Assembly: GCA_024277355.1 (NCBI GenBank)
Contig: JAJRVL010000004.1
Location: 330,001 to 362,000 of the forward strand
DNA length: 32,000 nucleotides
Direction of reading: 5' to 3'
Source: an archaeon
Lineage (GTDB): Archaea; Iainarchaeota; Iainarchaeia; Iainarchaeales; 1-14-0-10-31-34
Shown: positions 8,284 to 16,694 of the stretch, piece after piece
Layout of the letters: each line of letters opens with the position of its first letter
How positions within the stretch are numbered: position 1 is the first letter of the stretch
The notes under the pieces: model-generated
What the model was told of the DNA's origin: nothing
Seen by the model: only the letters and a program-made list of their open reading frames with translations
The model's database searches: none
Position numbers and translations under genes: made by a program

Positions 8284-9861
8284 TCAGTCCTTTAATGCTT
8301 CAGAGTCTTCTTTGATTTCAGATTTATTTTCTGTTTTTTGTTCAGGTTTTTTTTCTGAAAAAGATTGTTCAGGGACCCAAATTTTTTTTATTTGTTTTTC
8401 AGCGTCATTTGAAATTTTACTAAAAACAAATTCAGATAACAATTCATTTACAACAGATTTTCTTCTAATTAATTTATTTAAATATCTTTCAAAAGATTTT
8501 GAAAGATTTTTATAGGAAGCAACATTAGCATAAATTAATCCTTCTTTTAGTCTCCAAAAAGCAGGAGTTCCTTTTTTTGTAAAAATTAAATAACCTCTTT
8601 TTTTGTCTGTTTCACTCATTGCTTCATCCATTAAACGATAATCCACCATATAAACTCCTGCAGTTTGAGGAGAAGGATCCATTAAAATTAATTCATCTCC
8701 TTCAACTCCAACACATAACACAAAATGACCTGAACGGGATTTTTTTTCAGGAAATAAAACAGGTTTTTTATACCAAACTAAAAGCATTGCTCCGTCAGCA
8801 ATCCAGGATTTAACTTCATCTTTTAAATTATAAATCTGATTATATCTCAATAACTGTCCTTTAACAATATTTTTAGTTAAAGATTCAACTGCATTAATTA
8901 AATCCAAAGGCTTTGTTCCTCCAGGAGAAGTTGTTTTAGCTAATTTTCCTATTTCCTGCTGAGAAAAATTATAACCAAAAAAAGACAGCATCATTGAAGC
9001 AGAAGCCGGACCACAATAATAATTCATCTGCTTAATAAACTTTGACCTAATATTTTCAAGTTTTGAAATATCACTTCTTGCTCGTTTTAAATAAAATTCT
9101 TTTTTAATAAATTCTTTATTTGGAATAACCAGATTATACCCTGAACCTAATCTTAACATTACTCCATGAATATCCACTCCAATTACTTCTCCTGTTTCAT
9201 TTCCAATTTTAATTTGCTGTCCCGGTTTAACTAAATTTCTTTCAATATAAGTTCCTGAAAAAAAGTTTTCAAATACATCCTTAAAACCAAAAAACAAAAA
9301 AGCCATAACTAAAACAATTACTCCAGTAATTAAAGTATTAAAAAAACCACTGAATAAACCTGCATCAATTCCAACAGAAGAAAAAGATAACAATAAAACA
9401 ATCAATGAAAGAAAAATTTTAACTACAAAAAAAAATGAATGAATTATTTGTTTTGAAATACCAAATTCCTGCAAATAAGCATCAGAACCAAATTTAATAA
9501 ACAAAAAACTTATTGCATCAATAATTAAAGTAACTAAAATATAACCTAAAACAAAAACTAAAAAGAAAATTACAACTGAAGGAATAAAAGCCATAACCTT
9601 TGAAACCAAAACTTCTGCAACAGAAACCTTTAATACACTTAAAGCAATAATCAAAGAAACAATAAAAATAAATAATTCAATTGACTTTACTGCAGAATTA
9701 ATTGTAATTTTATTTAAACTCTGTTTGTTTAAAGCAAAGCCTAATAATTTACCTGAAATTTTTGCTGCAACCAAACCAATTAAAATTACTGCAATAGCCT
9801 GAGTTGCATTGCTAAACAAAACTTCCTGCAATAAAACATTTCCTAAAGTTTCAACAACCAT
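8284..9861 (-). CDS. MscS-type mechanosensitive channel core fused to a C-terminal C39/papain-like cysteine peptidase domain
   Basis: 525 aa with about 5-6 N-terminal TM helices. MscS pore and beta-domain signature: FKDVFENFFSGTYIERNLVKPGQQIKIGNETGEVIGVDIHGVMLRLGSGYNLVIPNKEF. This is followed by YYCGPASASMMLSFFGY (Cys283), SGHFVLCVG (His379) and LILMDPS (Asp395), then a K/E-rich tail. Confidence 0.72.
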   Translation of the reverse strand: MVVETLGNVLLQEVLFSNATQAIAVILIGLVAAKISGKLLGFALNKQSLNKITINSAVKSIELFIFIVSLIIALSVLKVSVAEVLVSKVMAFIPSVVIFFLVFVLGYILVTLIIDAISFLFIKFGSDAYLQEFGISKQIIHSFFFVVKIFLSLIVLLLSFSSVGIDAGLFSGFFNTLITGVIVLVMAFLFFGFKDVFENFFSGTYIERNLVKPGQQIKIGNETGEVIGVDIHGVMLRLGSGYNLVIPNKEFIKKEFYLKRARSDISKLENIRSKFIKQMNYYCGPASASMMLSFFGYNFSQQEIGKLAKTTSPGGTKPLDLINAVESLTKNIVKGQLLRYNQIYNLKDEVKSWIADGAMLLVWYKKPVLFPEKKSRSGHFVLCVGVEGDELILMDPSPQTAGVYMVDYRLMDEAMSETDKKRGYLIFTKKGTPAFWRLKEGLIYANVASYKNLSKSFERYLNKLIRRKSVVNELLSEFVFSKISNDAEKQIKKIWVPEQSFSEKKPEQKTENKSEIKEDSEALKD

Positions 9862-9982
9862 TAAACTACCCTAATAAAAGAGCGTTTAAAGGTTTAAATA
9901 AATTGCCTTTAAGACAGTTTAAAAAGAAAAAAAAGAGAAAAAACAGCAATGTTTTTTTAATTTTCTAACTTCACAATAACTA

Positions 9983-11023
9983 ATGACCAAAAAAATAAAA
10001 ATAACAGGAAAAGCTACAAAAAAAGAATTATTTTATTCAGTTGAAGGAAACAAAAACTTTGATTTTGAAACAACAAAAAATTACGGAAAAAAAGTTTTAA
10101 CTGAAAATTTAGGAATACAAAAAAACGAAAAAGTTCTGATTATAACTGATGAAACAACTTCATTAATTGGAAAAGCATTTTTAAATGCAGGAAAAAGTTT
10201 ATGCAAAAAAACAGAATTAATTGAAATGAAATCCCTTCCCTTTAATGGAATGGAACCAGAAGAAAAAATTGCAAAAGAAATGCTTAAATACAATATAATT
10301 ATTCTCCCAGTTAATAGTTCTTTAAGCCATACAAAAGCAAGAATGCATGCATCAAGACATGGTGCAAGAATTGCATCAATGCCAAGACTTAATTATGAAA
10401 TGATTAAAAGAGATTTAAAAGCTGATTACACTAAAATAAAAAAATTAAGTTTGCAGGTAAAAAATCTTTTAACTAAAGCAGATTTAGCTGAAGTAAAAAC
10501 AGAATTAGGAACAGACATAAGTATTCCGTTAAAAGACATGAAAGCAGGCGGAAGTAAAGCCGGCTTTTATTTAAAAGCAGGGCAATGGGGAAACATTCCT
10601 CAAGGAGAAGTTTATATAGTTCCAGAAGAAGGAAAAAGTAACGGAAAATTTGTAGTTGATGCTTCAATGGGAACAATAGGAAAAGTTGAAACCCCAATTG
10701 AAATTACAGTCAAAAAAGGTTTTGCAACAAAAATTGACGGAGGAGAAGAAGCATTAAAACTAAAAAAACTAATTAAACCTTTAGGAAAAAACGCAAGAAA
10801 TCTAGCTGAATTTGCAATAGGCACAAACGACACTGCAAAAATAATAGGAGTAGTATTAGAAGACGAAAAAGTTTTAGGTACAGCTCATTTAGCTTTAGGA
10901 AACAGCACTTCAATGACAGGCGGAACAATCTACTCAGAAATCCATGTAGACGGAGTTTTCACTAAACCCACTATATGGTTAGATGGAAAACTTTTCATGG
11001 AAAAAGGAAAAATTCTGATTTAA
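9983..11023 (+). CDS. Aminopeptidase, M29 (AmpS/PepS, aminopeptidase T-like) family
   Basis: 346 aa. GEVYIVPEEG, LAEFAIGTN, TAHLALGNS and SEIHVDGV resemble the M29 metal-ligand blocks. Confidence 0.7.
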   Translation: MTKKIKITGKATKKELFYSVEGNKNFDFETTKNYGKKVLTENLGIQKNEKVLIITDETTSLIGKAFLNAGKSLCKKTELIEMKSLPFNGMEPEEKIAKEMLKYNIIILPVNSSLSHTKARMHASRHGARIASMPRLNYEMIKRDLKADYTKIKKLSLQVKNLLTKADLAEVKTELGTDISIPLKDMKAGGSKAGFYLKAGQWGNIPQGEVYIVPEEGKSNGKFVVDASMGTIGKVETPIEITVKKGFATKIDGGEEALKLKKLIKPLGKNARNLAEFAIGTNDTAKIIGVVLEDEKVLGTAHLALGNSTSMTGGTIYSEIHVDGVFTKPTIWLDGKLFMEKGKILI

Positions 11024-11099
11024 TTTCAAAAGCACATACTTACATACATACTTAAATACATTTTGGTAATTAATAATTATTAGTTGATAACTTTTAGTG

Positions 11100-11378
11100 A
11101 TGTTTATGTTAAAACAGGTTCAAAAAATTAAGCATTCTCCTACATTAAATACAGTTCTTATGGTTGAAAACACTTTAAAGAAAATAAACGAAAGTGTTAT
11201 TTCTATTGCAGAACTTAAAAGAAAACTTCCTAATCAGGTTAACCATAACACTTTAATGGTTATTTTAAGTTATTTAGAAGACAGCAATAAAATTGCTGTT
11301 ACATTAAAAGGAATTACCTGGGTTTTTAATTCTAATCCTGTTTTAAGAAAAGCAATTTCTAAAGGCCTTGAATTATGA
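11100..11378 (+). CDS. Putative antitoxin (small winged-helix-like protein)
   Basis: About 92 aa. Its stop overlaps the start of the downstream RelE/ParE-like ORF by 4 nt (ATGA). The call rests mainly on this position. Confidence 0.4.
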   Translation: MFMLKQVQKIKHSPTLNTVLMVENTLKKINESVISIAELKRKLPNQVNHNTLMVILSYLEDSNKIAVTLKGITWVFNSNPVLRKAISKGLEL

Positions 11379-11728
11379 AGACAGTCAAAGTTATTCTTTC
11401 TCCTGAAGCAGAAGAAGTTTATAATTATTTAAATAAAGAATCTGTTAAATCAAAAACTGAAAAAACAATTTTTAATGGAATAAACAAAAAAGTTGAATTA
11501 ATTAAACAAAATATTCATTACGGCAACCCAATATCAAAAAAACTTATTCCAAAAGAATACAAAGAAAAATACAGCATAACAAATTTATTCAGAGTAGAAC
11601 TTCCAAACCATTGGAGAATGCTTTATTCTCTTACTGACGGAGAAACAAAAATTGAAATAATTGCTTTTATTCTGGATTTTATTGACCATCCAAATTACAA
11701 TAAAAAATTTGGCTACAAAAAAAGATAA
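11375..11728 (+). CDS. RelE/ParE-superfamily-like toxin
   Basis: 117 aa. The C-terminal pattern LFRVELPNHWRMLYSLTDGETKIEIIAFILDFIDHPNYNKKF resembles the RelE/ParE xxYRxxYxIxxxxxxIxIlxIgHr core. It is translationally coupled to the upstream small ORF. Confidence 0.5.
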   Translation: MKTVKVILSPEAEEVYNYLNKESVKSKTEKTIFNGINKKVELIKQNIHYGNPISKKLIPKEYKEKYSITNLFRVELPNHWRMLYSLTDGETKIEIIAFILDFIDHPNYNKKFGYKKR

Positions 11729-11813
11729 AATACAACAGCATTAAATAAAATACTATTTATGGAAAAAGGAAAAATATTAATATAGTTGTTTACTAATTTG
11801 TAAGTTGAAGTTT

Positions 11814-13139
11814 ATGAAACATTTTAATCCATTAAAAAGATCAATGATTGGTCTGGAAACAGAATTTTTTACTTTAAACGAAAACGGGTTTATGGTATCA
11901 AAAGCTGATGAATTAATTGACTCAGCAAAAAAACACAAAATTCCTGCAATAAAAGAATGCGGAAAAAACATGTTAGAATTAGGAGTTTTTCCTTCAGAAA
12001 AAATCAATAAAATTGCAAGAAATTATTTAAATGAATTACAAAAATTAATTGACTTAACAGAAAAACATTCATCAATGCTTTATCCTTTAGGAACCTACCC
12101 AGGAAGTTTTGAACCAGAAATGAGAACAGACTCATTATATTCAATTAAACAAAAAGTTTTCGGAGAAAACAAATTCAAAATAGCCGGAAGAAACATTGGA
12201 TTTCATTTTCATTACACGCTTCCAAGAGGAGTGTTTAATTCAAAAACAAAAAGATTAAAACAAGTTAAAAAATCAAAAATAGCAGAAAGCATGGTTAATG
12301 CATTTAATTTAATGTTAAGCATTGATCCGGTTGTATCAACTTTACTTCAGTCATCTCCTTTTTATCAAGGCAAATACTACGGCAAAGATTCAAGAATAAT
12401 CTGGTATAGAGGAGGAAAATTCCTAAATAACCCTGATGGATTATATTCAGACATGGAAGAAATAGGCCAGCTTCCTTCTTACATTCATACAGTAACAGAT
12501 TTAATTAATAAAACTGAAACAACATTTAAAGCATGGGAAAAAGAATTAATTAAAAAAGAAATTCCAAGAAAAAAAATGAAAGAATACCCAACAAAATTAG
12601 CTGTAGGATGGCCTCCATTAAAAATTAATTTACATGGAACATTAGAACAAAGAGGATTAGACATGAATCATCCAAAATATATTTTAGGTGCAAGCGTTTT
12701 AATTTCAGTTGTATTAAGAGAAATCTTTCAGGAATTCTTAGAAGTAAAACCATCAGATTATGGAATGCATAATCCATTTAAATTAGAAAATTCAACTATT
12801 CATATTTCTCCTGACAGTATAGTAAGAGAAAAACTACAGTTATTATCTGCAACAAAAGGATTAGAATCAAAAGAAATCAAAAACAACATTAAAGGATTTA
12901 TAAAATTAAGCAAACAATTTATGATGCCTGAAGAAAAAAAAGCAGTAAAACCTTTACTTAATATTTTAGACAGAGAAGCAACTGTTTCAGATATATTAAT
13001 TAAAAGAGTAAAAAAAGCAGGTTTTTCTTTAAAAGAAATTGTACCAAATGACGTGTTTGCAGAAATGGCTTTGAAAAGCTGTCGTCAATTAAAAAAGTCA
13101 ATGGATAAAACAAAAAGAACATTTGAAGCAATAGTGTGA
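11814..13139 (+). CDS. Carboxylate-amine ligase, glutamate-cysteine ligase family 2 (GCS2/YbdK-like)
   Basis: IGLETEFFTLNENG (against the GxEEEF N-terminal motif), NMLELGVFP, LYPLGTYPG and GFHFHYTL match GCS2 landmarks. The track start at 11805 is TTG; ATG at 11814 is more likely. Confidence 0.65.
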   Translation: MKHFNPLKRSMIGLETEFFTLNENGFMVSKADELIDSAKKHKIPAIKECGKNMLELGVFPSEKINKIARNYLNELQKLIDLTEKHSSMLYPLGTYPGSFEPEMRTDSLYSIKQKVFGENKFKIAGRNIGFHFHYTLPRGVFNSKTKRLKQVKKSKIAESMVNAFNLMLSIDPVVSTLLQSSPFYQGKYYGKDSRIIWYRGGKFLNNPDGLYSDMEEIGQLPSYIHTVTDLINKTETTFKAWEKELIKKEIPRKKMKEYPTKLAVGWPPLKINLHGTLEQRGLDMNHPKYILGASVLISVVLREIFQEFLEVKPSDYGMHNPFKLENSTIHISPDSIVREKLQLLSATKGLESKEIKNNIKGFIKLSKQFMMPEEKKAVKPLLNILDREATVSDILIKRVKKAGFSLKEIVPNDVFAEMALKSCRQLKKSMDKTKRTFEAIV

Positions 13140-13180
13140 ATAAAAATAGGTTTTTAACTAGTTTTAAGCAGTAATAAATT

Positions 13181-13654
13181 ATGCCTTTGTCAAAAATATT
13201 TAAACCAAAAAAATGGAAATGGCTAAAAAAAATAAATAAACAGAAGTCAGCAAAAAGACAAGCTAAAGATCTTATTCTTAAAACATATAAAGCTAATTTT
13301 AATAAAAAAACTATTTTAGGAAGACCAGTTATTGACCTTGCTGCAAGATACCGTGAAAGATTAGCAGCAATAATAGGCGGAAAAGAAAAATTTATTGAAA
13401 CAGGAACAGCTAATAAAAGATTTTTTAATGCAATATCAGGCGAAGCTCATCTCGCCACCATTGATAAAGAATTTATAGGCAATAAATTAATATTATCTGC
13501 ATCAACTCCTGAAAAAAGAACAGAAGTTATTGATAAAGAAATTGAAAGATTAAGAACAAGAGTTACAGATTTAGAAAAATTAAGCAAAACAGCAACTGAA
13601 GAAGAATTCATTAACATTTTATGGAAAATTCAAGGAAAAAAACCAGAATACTAA
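13181..13654 (+). CDS. Hypothetical protein with basic N-terminal tail (MPLSKIFKPKKWKWLKK)
   Basis: 157-aa ORF with a coiled-coil-like C-terminal part. No domain recognised. Confidence 0.5.
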   Translation: MPLSKIFKPKKWKWLKKINKQKSAKRQAKDLILKTYKANFNKKTILGRPVIDLAARYRERLAAIIGGKEKFIETGTANKRFFNAISGEAHLATIDKEFIGNKLILSASTPEKRTEVIDKEIERLRTRVTDLEKLSKTATEEEFINILWKIQGKKPEY

Positions 13655-13721
13655 AAACTATTTTTTAATAAAAAAAATTGAACACTTCTGATTTTATTAG
13701 TTTTTATTCAAAAAATTGACT

Positions 13722-14363
13722 ATGAAGCCCTTAATGAGAAAACTAACTCATCCAATAAGAAAAATCTACTGGAAAAACAAACTGCTTAATCAAAATATGC
13801 AAACAAAAGGAAAACTTCCAAAAGGAATTAAATACTTTAAAGAAAGAAAAAATAATTTATATATAAAACAGGAATTCCAAAACCCAAAAACAACAATAAC
13901 AATTAATGGAAAAAAAATTTCATTAAAAGGCGCAGAATATTTTAAATGGGAATATCAAAAACAAAAATATATAGAAAGAGAATCAGCAAAATTAAATAAA
14001 AAAAGAACACAAATAAAAGAAGCATTAAAAGGAAAAATAAGAAGGCTTTTGCCGACAAATCACCCTGTTTATTCCCTTACTCAATTATTTATTAACTGTG
14101 TTAAATTAGGAGAAGTTTCTCTTACAGGAAACCCGCATGGTCCAGATCTAAAAATGAAATTAAATTCAAATAAAACAAAAATTTCACTTGAATATTTTTT
14201 AAAAGGACAAAAAAAACTTAATAAGTTGATTATAATGGAAATAAAACCAAGAGAAATTCAGGCAATACAAGAATATATTCCTGTTTTTGATAAATTAACA
14301 AATATATCTGTTAAAGAAGAGTTAAATCAAAAAACATTAAATGAAATAAAAAAAATAAAATAA
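13722..14363 (+). CDS. Hypothetical lysine-rich protein
   Basis: About 213-aa ORF starting at ATG 13722 (the track start at 13716 is TTG). No domain recognised. Confidence 0.5.
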   Translation: MKPLMRKLTHPIRKIYWKNKLLNQNMQTKGKLPKGIKYFKERKNNLYIKQEFQNPKTTITINGKKISLKGAEYFKWEYQKQKYIERESAKLNKKRTQIKEALKGKIRRLLPTNHPVYSLTQLFINCVKLGEVSLTGNPHGPDLKMKLNSNKTKISLEYFLKGQKKLNKLIIMEIKPREIQAIQEYIPVFDKLTNISVKEELNQKTLNEIKKIK

Positions 14364-14383
14364 AAAAAAAGAAAAAGAATGAA

Positions 14384-14683
14384 CTATTTTTTCAATGGAC
14401 TTGGACAGTTTGTTACATTATCCAGATCACACATGCAGGATCCATCAGAAAAAGATCCATCATCATTTTCATGCGCATCTTGAGAACTGCAGTCTTTTCC
14501 TGTGCAAGTTACTTCTGAACCATTAAGACATTTTGCAGTTACTGTTGCGTCTAATCCAAATTCTACTGGCCCATCAACAACCGGTTCATCCTGAACTGCT
14601 GCATCAACATTACCTGAATAAAACCCAGAAAAAGCTAACGCAAAAACAGCAATAACTCCAATCACTAAAAATTTATTTTTCAT
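14384..14683 (-). CDS. Small secreted cysteine-rich protein (paralog 2)
   Basis: 99 aa with signal-peptide-like N-terminus MKNKFLVIGVIAVFALAFSGFYSGNVDA and six Cys, ending in CPSPLKK. GGAGAGTGA RBS 4 nt upstream of the ATG (7 nt after the GGAGAG core). Confidence 0.7.
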   Translation of the reverse strand: MKNKFLVIGVIAVFALAFSGFYSGNVDAAVQDEPVVDGPVEFGLDATVTAKCLNGSEVTCTGKDCSSQDAHENDDGSFSDGSCMCDLDNVTNCPSPLKK

Positions 14684-14706
14684 TTTTTCACTCTCCTTTT
14701 TTAAAA

Positions 14707-15003
14707 TTACTTTTTAAGAGGACTTGGACAATCAGTTCTCTTGTCGTCACATTTACAACTGCCATCATGATAATCGCCATCAGAATCTTGATATGCATCG
14801 TTTGCACTGCATTTGTTTCCTGAACACGACACAGTATCCCCATTAATACACTTTGCTGTTGCTGTTGCATCTAATCCAAATTCAACTGAATCTTCTAAAA
14901 CAACAGGATCCTGCAATGTTGCTTCTACATTACCTGAATAAAACCCAGAAAAAGCAAAAGCAAAAACAGCAATAACTCCTATTGCTAAAATTTTAGTTTT
15001 CAT
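14707..15003 (-). CDS. Small secreted cysteine-rich protein (paralog 1)
   Basis: Colinear with paralog 2 (IGVIAVFAFAFSGFYSGNVEA ... VEFGLDATATAKC ... DGSCKCD ... CPSPLKK), with the same GGAGAGTGA RBS. The start at 15003 (MKTKIL) is chosen by alignment to the paralog; the track extends to 15015. Confidence 0.7.
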   Translation of the reverse strand: MKTKILAIGVIAVFAFAFSGFYSGNVEATLQDPVVLEDSVEFGLDATATAKCINGDTVSCSGNKCSANDAYQDSDGDYHDGSCKCDDKRTDCPSPLKK

Positions 15004-15206
15004 TTTTTCCATCACTCTCCTTTAAAATATATTCCTATTTCGTTTGAGAAATCTTTTTAAACGGTGTACAAAAAAATCAAATGTCTTTTTAAATAGTTTA
15101 CAAAAAAAAGCAAATACAAAAAAAACAGCAATTAGAAATAGTTTTCAGCAAAACACCCCTTTTTATTTCTTTTTTTTCACAAATATAAAGAAAGGAAGTG
15201 AGAAAA

Positions 15207-16664
15207 ATGAAGTTCTCTGAATTAAATGAAAAAACCCTTTCATTAACTTTTGATGATATACTGCTTCTTCCTGGTTATTCTGAAGTAATACCAAGAGACG
15301 TTAACTTAAAAACAAAATTAACAAATAAAATTTATTTAAATATTCCTTTAGTTTCCGCAGCAATGGATACTGTAACTGAAAGTGCTACAGCTAAAGTAAT
15401 GGCAACACACGGAGGAATAGGAATAATTCATAAAAACTTTTCTCCTGAAAAACAGGCAGATGAAGTAAACAAAGTTAAAAGATCAGAATACTGGATGATA
15501 ACTAATCCTATTACTGTCAATCCAGAGGATTATCTAAAAAAAGTTTTAGCTTTAAGACAAAAATACGGCATAAAAACTTTTCCAGTTGTATTAAACAAAA
15601 AATTAGTTGGAATAATAACCAACAGAGACATGCGTTTTGCAGATGAAAAAGAAAAAGTCAAAAACATAATGACAAAAAAATTAATTACAACAGATAACGC
15701 AGAAGACTCAGAAAAAGCAAAACAATTACTTCATAAAAACAGAATAGAAAAACTTCCAATAGTAAACAAAAAAAACGAATTAAAAGGATTAATTACAATT
15801 AAAGACATTGAAAACAAAGAAAGGCATCCATTAGCAAACAAAGATTCAAGAGGAAGACTTTTAGTTGGAGCAGCAATAGGAACAAACGACAAAAAAAGAA
15901 TTGAATTATTAATTAAAGCAGAAACAGATGTATTAGTTGTTGATACAGCTCACGGTCATTCAAAAAACGTAATTAAAACAGTAAAAGAAATCAAAAAAGA
16001 ATTTGATGTTGAAGTAATAGCAGGAAATATTGCAACAAAAAAAGCAGCAGAAGCATTAATTTCAGCAGGCGCAGACGCAATAAAAATTGGAATTGGTCCA
16101 GGAAGTATTTGTACTACAAGAGTTGTTTCAGGAGTAGGCGTACCTCAATTAAGCGCAGTAATTGAAACAGCAAAAGCTGCATCAAAAACAGGAATTCCAT
16201 TGATTTCAGACGGCGGAGTAAAATATTCCGGAGACATAACTAAAGCTTTAGCTGCAGGAGCAGACTCAGTAATGCTAGGAAGCTTATTTGCAGGAACAGA
16301 CGAAAGTCCAGGCAAAACAATTTTCATGTATAACAGAAAATTCAAAAAATACAGAGGCATGGGTTCAGTTTCAGCAATGGAATTAGGCGGAAAAGACCGT
16401 TACTTTCAATCAGACATAATGCAAAGAGGAAAATTTGTACCAGAAGGAATTGAAGGAATAGTTCCATTCAAAGGAAAATTAAGTGAAGTAATTTACCAAT
16501 TAACAGGCGGAATACAATCAGGAATGGGTTATTGCGGAGCAAAAAACATTGCAGAATTAAAACAAAAAGCAGAATTCACCAGAATCACTGCCTCAGGATT
16601 ACAAGAAAGCCATCCGCATGACGTAACAATAACAGACGAAGCACCAAACTATTCAAGGTTATAA
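15207..16664 (+). CDS. guaB: IMP dehydrogenase
   Basis: [13 protein letters not shown] catalytic loop, VVDTAHGHS, a tandem CBS insert and [14 protein letters not shown] at 15207 is preceded by AGGAAGTGA; the track start at 15198 is GTG. Confidence 0.95.
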   Translation: MKFSELNEKTLSLTFDDILLLPGYSEVIPRDVNLKTKLTNKIYLNIPLVSAAMDTVTESATAKVMATHGGIGIIHKNFSPEKQADEVNKVKRSEYWMITNPITVNPEDYLKKVLALRQKYGIKTFPVVLNKKLVGIITNRDMRFADEKEKVKNIMTKKLITTDNAEDSEKAKQLLHKNRIEKLPIVNKKNELKGLITIKDIENKERHPLANKDSRGRLLVGAAIGTNDKKRIELLIKAETDVLVVDTAHGHSKNVIKTVKEIKKEFDVEVIAGNIATKKAAEALISAGADAIKIGIGPGSICTTRVVSGVGVPQLSAVIETAKAASKTGIPLISDGGVKYSGDITKALAAGADSVMLGSLFAGTDESPGKTIFMYNRKFKKYRGMGSVSAMELGGKDRYFQSDIMQRGKFVPEGIEGIVPFKGKLSEVIYQLTGGIQSGMGYCGAKNIAELKQKAEFTRITASGLQESHPHDVTITDEAPNYSRL

Positions 16665-16694
16665 GTTTTTAATAACTAAAAACATAATAATTAA

